A stretch of DNA of 57,771 bases, the filler included, from Dirinaria sp. TL-2023a (lineage: Eukaryota), in the NCBI GenBank assembly GCA_051941275.1. It is 7 parts of 7 records of this genome, joined end to end, with 100 filler letters (N's around TTAATTAATTAA, not from the genome) between each part and the next. Parts side by side here need not be neighbours in the genome. Positions count along the whole stretch, not along the records: positions 49,613 to 57,771 come from JAVEBF010001227.1; 6 more parts are not named here. One strand, written 5' to 3'. The position numbers were made by a program, and so were the translations under genes. Of this stretch, positions 50,153 to 57,771 are shown one piece after another (the first letter of the stretch is position 1; every line of letters begins with the position of its first letter). The notes beneath the pieces were generated by a model that was given only the letters and a program-made list of their open reading frames with translations, ran no database searches and had not been told where the DNA came from.

Positions 50153-51633
50153 TTAGACTGCGTCCATACTCGCTCTGGTGGTTAGCTGCTCGTTCTTGTT
50201 GCCCAATTTAGAGATCTGTAAGAAAGCGTCGCAGCCATAACCCTCCAGGCTTTGGATTTCCAAGCTACCAGCCCAATATTCTGCATATACTCGACTCATT
50301 GGCAGACCCATGCCCAATCGCAGATCGGGTGTTCTGGAGGTCAGTGAGGACAGTGAGCTGTCGGCTAGCGGCAGGCTTCTCTGCCGGCCTGGACCGATTT
50401 GATTTGGGCTTTGGGGCAAAGGTTTAACCTCTTGCATTGTAGCTGCCATTTTTGGAACTCTCAGAAGATTTTTGAGACGGGTCTGGCTTCGAGGCCCCTT
50501 TCCGAATGACCAAAGATCGGGCAACAATTCCTTAGGTATCCCACCTCCTTGATCAGAAATGCGTATAATCACGTGCTGCGGTGCCTCACAAATTAAGACT
50601 TGGATGGGCGGCATGTTCCTCGACTGGTCCAGGTGCTTCTCGAGGACGGCCTGGATTGAGTTCCGTAGCAGCTCACCGATGATATACTGCAGATGGCTCA
50701 AGATGTACGGGAAAGTTGCGTCGAGATGGCCCTGAAGCTTGATCTCCGGTAAATCGGTTGAAGCTCCGTACGCGGCCTTTGCGAGGTCTTTGGCCCTTTC
50801 TCCGCACTCTGTCACAACCTCGCGTGCATTGCAACGGAGGAAGACCTCTCCCACAAACTCAAGATTTGGATCTTGTTGGTATTTGGCATCCGGGAAATGC
50901 CAGGGGGAATTGAAAGTTTCTGTCAAGGCCAGATGTTGTTCCGCAATGACTCGACGGGAGATCCGCTATTTTTCGTTAGCCCTACCCAAGCCGTTGAGAA
51001 TGAGTCTCTTACTGATCGGAGCAGAGTGTTCATGAGCTTATCTAGCTGCTCTGGCCGCATCATCTCCTGAGATTCAATCACGCCCATCGCAAGCTTAGGG
51101 ATCACAGTCAGGTGTTCCTGCAGAGTCTGGCTAATAATTGTGCAATAGCGATCGTTATCCTCCACCGTCCTAATCTCCGGCACCCTCCTCAGTTTCTCGA
51201 AGGCTTTGTAGTACAGCTCGTATACATGGGATATATGAGGGTTTGCAACCACGACGAAAGGCAGGGTCTGCATATCCCGTAAGCGGTGGGCAAGCCTGCA
51301 GCTCATCAGCTCATTGATCAGATTACTGCACCTCCAAAATTACCTTGTAGGGAGCTCATTGCGGACATAGTTCGCTGAACTGAGGAGACGGGCTTCTGTG
51401 AGTGTGCGGCCAAAAAAGGTTAATTGGCGGAGGCTGATGGGTCGAGCCTCCTTCTGAACCCATCTGTATAGTGGTTAGCTATGAAACGGTGATGTAGAAG
51501 CTTATCAGGCGACCAACTCATCCAGTATGGCTGCAGGACGCCATGGAGGTGCAGTGGAAGCGAGCCGTCTCAGACTGTGATGTGACCATGACTGTGAATG
51601 GGGTATGACTCGCCAGAGTCGTGAATCTTGCAT
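50153..51633 (-). CDS. Mitochondrial alpha-ketoacid dehydrogenase kinase (PDK/BCKDK family), multi-exon
   Basis: PISLRQLTFFG, ANYVRNELPTRLAHRLRDMQTLPF, SRRVIAEQHLALT; GHKL motifs ELLRNS, ISDQGGGI, LGMGLPMSRVYAEYWAG, SLEGYGCD. Start codon uncertain. Confidence 0.9.
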
Positions 51634-52464
51634 CGCAGTATGCCATAGAGCAAGAAGGGTGCTAATGCTCACAGGCTAGAAGCGCATTTTCCAAGGTAGT
51701 CTTATTCGTCTACATCATAGTCATAGGGAATATACAATTGATATGATACATGCATGCTGTAAGAGTCAAGTAAGGAAGCGCTCTGAGTACGAGCGAAAGG
51801 CCTCGGTCCATCCCTCTAGCTATGAAAACTGCCCCACCACCAGTCAACATTTTTGAAGTCACTCATGTAGCTCTACCTGACTGCACTGTACTTGTATTTC
51901 TCTGCCTTTTCAGCATAAAATGAGAAAACGTTTCCAATAGTGACAGAGAGGTCCGCACTGTATAGATTCAAAATACTAAATGACGATGATTGCTCTATAG
52001 CACTGGCATTACTCTTGCTTGATCTGATGAATGATTCTTGAATTCTGTGTATCGCGTTTGTCAATGTGCCAAACTACATGATCATTGTGCCCCCAAGACC
52101 TAGCAGTCAGATGCGCAACACATGACTGAGAAAGGTGTTCATTCATATCGTAGAGTCTGTGCCCATGCTCAGTATAAAGTCCGGGTGTCTCGCAGCTTCC
52201 ATTTGTGCTTCCCAGTCCAATCCACAAAATTGGACAAAGACCCTCTTCCGGCGCGTCATCATCACATACTCGGACGATCTTCCTGTTGATACCATACTTT
52301 ACAGCGCAGAGGTACATGTACTTGCCTACTTCGTAACCTCACTTGTACACAACAAAGATTTTCTCCATCACTTCCTCGTTGAAGCACAAGTTTGTCCGGA
52401 GACTTCGAGTTCACGACATACTTATCTTCTTCCCGCGGTTTTTTAACGCCGCCCGCTCTACATC

Positions 52465-56461
<3,997 letters not shown>

Positions 56462-57771
56462 GGTTGGAGTGCCCGTCGACCGGTTCAATATCAGGAGGAT
56501 GAAAACAGGCACTCTCTCCTTGATCGGTAGATAAAGGAAACCAAAATGCGCCCATACTTGTCTAGGTCAATTTTCTGTATCAGCATGCGCGCACACAATA
56601 CGGGCGCTCTCTGTTGTTTCTTCTATTTTAGAAAGTTACTTTGAACTAACTGTAGGTCACGCCACCACAGGCTGTGGAAAAGGGGAGGGAGGAGGGAGGG
56701 TGGCGTTTTTTTTTTTCTTCTTTCCCTTGCTCTTTTTTTTTTTTCTTTCTTCTGGTTTGTGAGCGAGAATTAGCTGCCCAACATGAGAAACTATGGGGTA
56801 TGAGGGCAGGCATATTAGCGATTCAGATTGTTTTTCTTAACTCAAGTAGCATACATGTACTCGTACATTGTACCGATTTTCCAGATGTCTCCAAAGACCG
56901 CTCTTTGCACCCCCCTTCCCCCTTCGTCTCTCTCGATCCTTGGAGAATGCAAAATGTTGAATATTTTTACTCTTTATAAGACCTTTTGCATGGCATGCAC
57001 CTTGTAATGTATCTCAGGTCTCCCCCTCTCTATCATAAATCTGAATATCCACATACAAAATAAAAATAAAAATTGAGGAATCCCATACACATACATTCGG
57101 CTAGGTATCATCTTAAGATAGGACTCTATTTTCTTTTTTTTATTCCGTAGATTCTTTTATATGGATGGTGGCTGCAATCTTAATGAGCGGGCGAGGCGAG
57201 GCAAAAGTATCTGTTCTATTCTGTTCTGGTCTTTTGATCAAGCGCGAGGTGGGGTTTTGAGTAAAAGAAGGTGGTTAGGCGATTGTAGAAGGAGGAGGGG
57301 GAGGGGGCGAGGTGAGGGATTGATATATATGTCTGAGTTATGGAGTGAGAAATTTTCTTTCAGAGAAAATTTCGGTGGGAAATTGATGAGAAGTAAATGT
57401 GATTAAGCGAAAAGCATCGATGTTGTCTGTGGACAACATCGCAATAATTTTTCTTTTTTTTTTTTTTTTAGAGGGGTGGAAAAAAGTATAGTCGGATTTT
57501 TGCTCTTTTACATTTTCATGAAAGAAAAAAAGACTCCCACCGTCGCCGCACCACCCTATCTACTGGCAACATCACCCTCCTCGCTGAATACTCATTTTTA
57601 CGTGCTAATGTATTCGATCCCTCTTTGATGCCTCGAAATGAAAGGTATCCAATTGTTTGCTTGGACAGAGTGCGAGTTTCAAGCAAACACGATTTCACGA
57701 GATGACGATGATCTGATTTCACCACGAACGTGCCATCGTCAAATAGGCAAACCGTTAAAGCAGGTCGAAGG

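Overview
Eukaryotic DNA from filamentous ascomycete fungi (intron-rich Pezizomycotina genes). It is not one locus. Seven contigs of about 8.2 kb, sorted by decreasing length, are joined by identical 100-nt artificial linkers (N44-TTAATTAATTAA-N44), so gene neighbourhoods mean something only within a contig. Contig 1: amidoligase-like gene and a NACHT NLR-like gene. Contig 2: MFS transporter 3' end, a divergent NmrA-like / Zn2Cys6 pair, and an ankyrin-like pseudogene. Contig 3: Wor1/Ryp1/Sge1-type WOPR regulator with about 6 kb of gene-free DNA. Contig 4: LSG1, LTV1, ADO1 and an Est1/SMG-like gene. Contig 5: a mutated chromoviral Ty3/Gypsy element, a LINE 3' remnant and an APH-like kinase. Contig 6: a small spliced defensin-like peptide gene missed by the ORF track, a membrane protein and a PTH11-like receptor. 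Contig 7: a mitochondrial PDK/BCKDK-type kinase and UBP15/USP7. Highlights: (1) an antisense gene inside the retrotransposon encoding a compact Zn(II)2Cys6 + coiled-coil + acidic-tail protein, next to an LTR with a repeated motif array; (2) RIP-like hypermutation biased to CpC rather than the canonical CpA; (3) an 8-Cys CSalpha/beta defensin-like peptide. All family calls come from motif recognition by eye, not database searches, and novelty was not checked against the literature.
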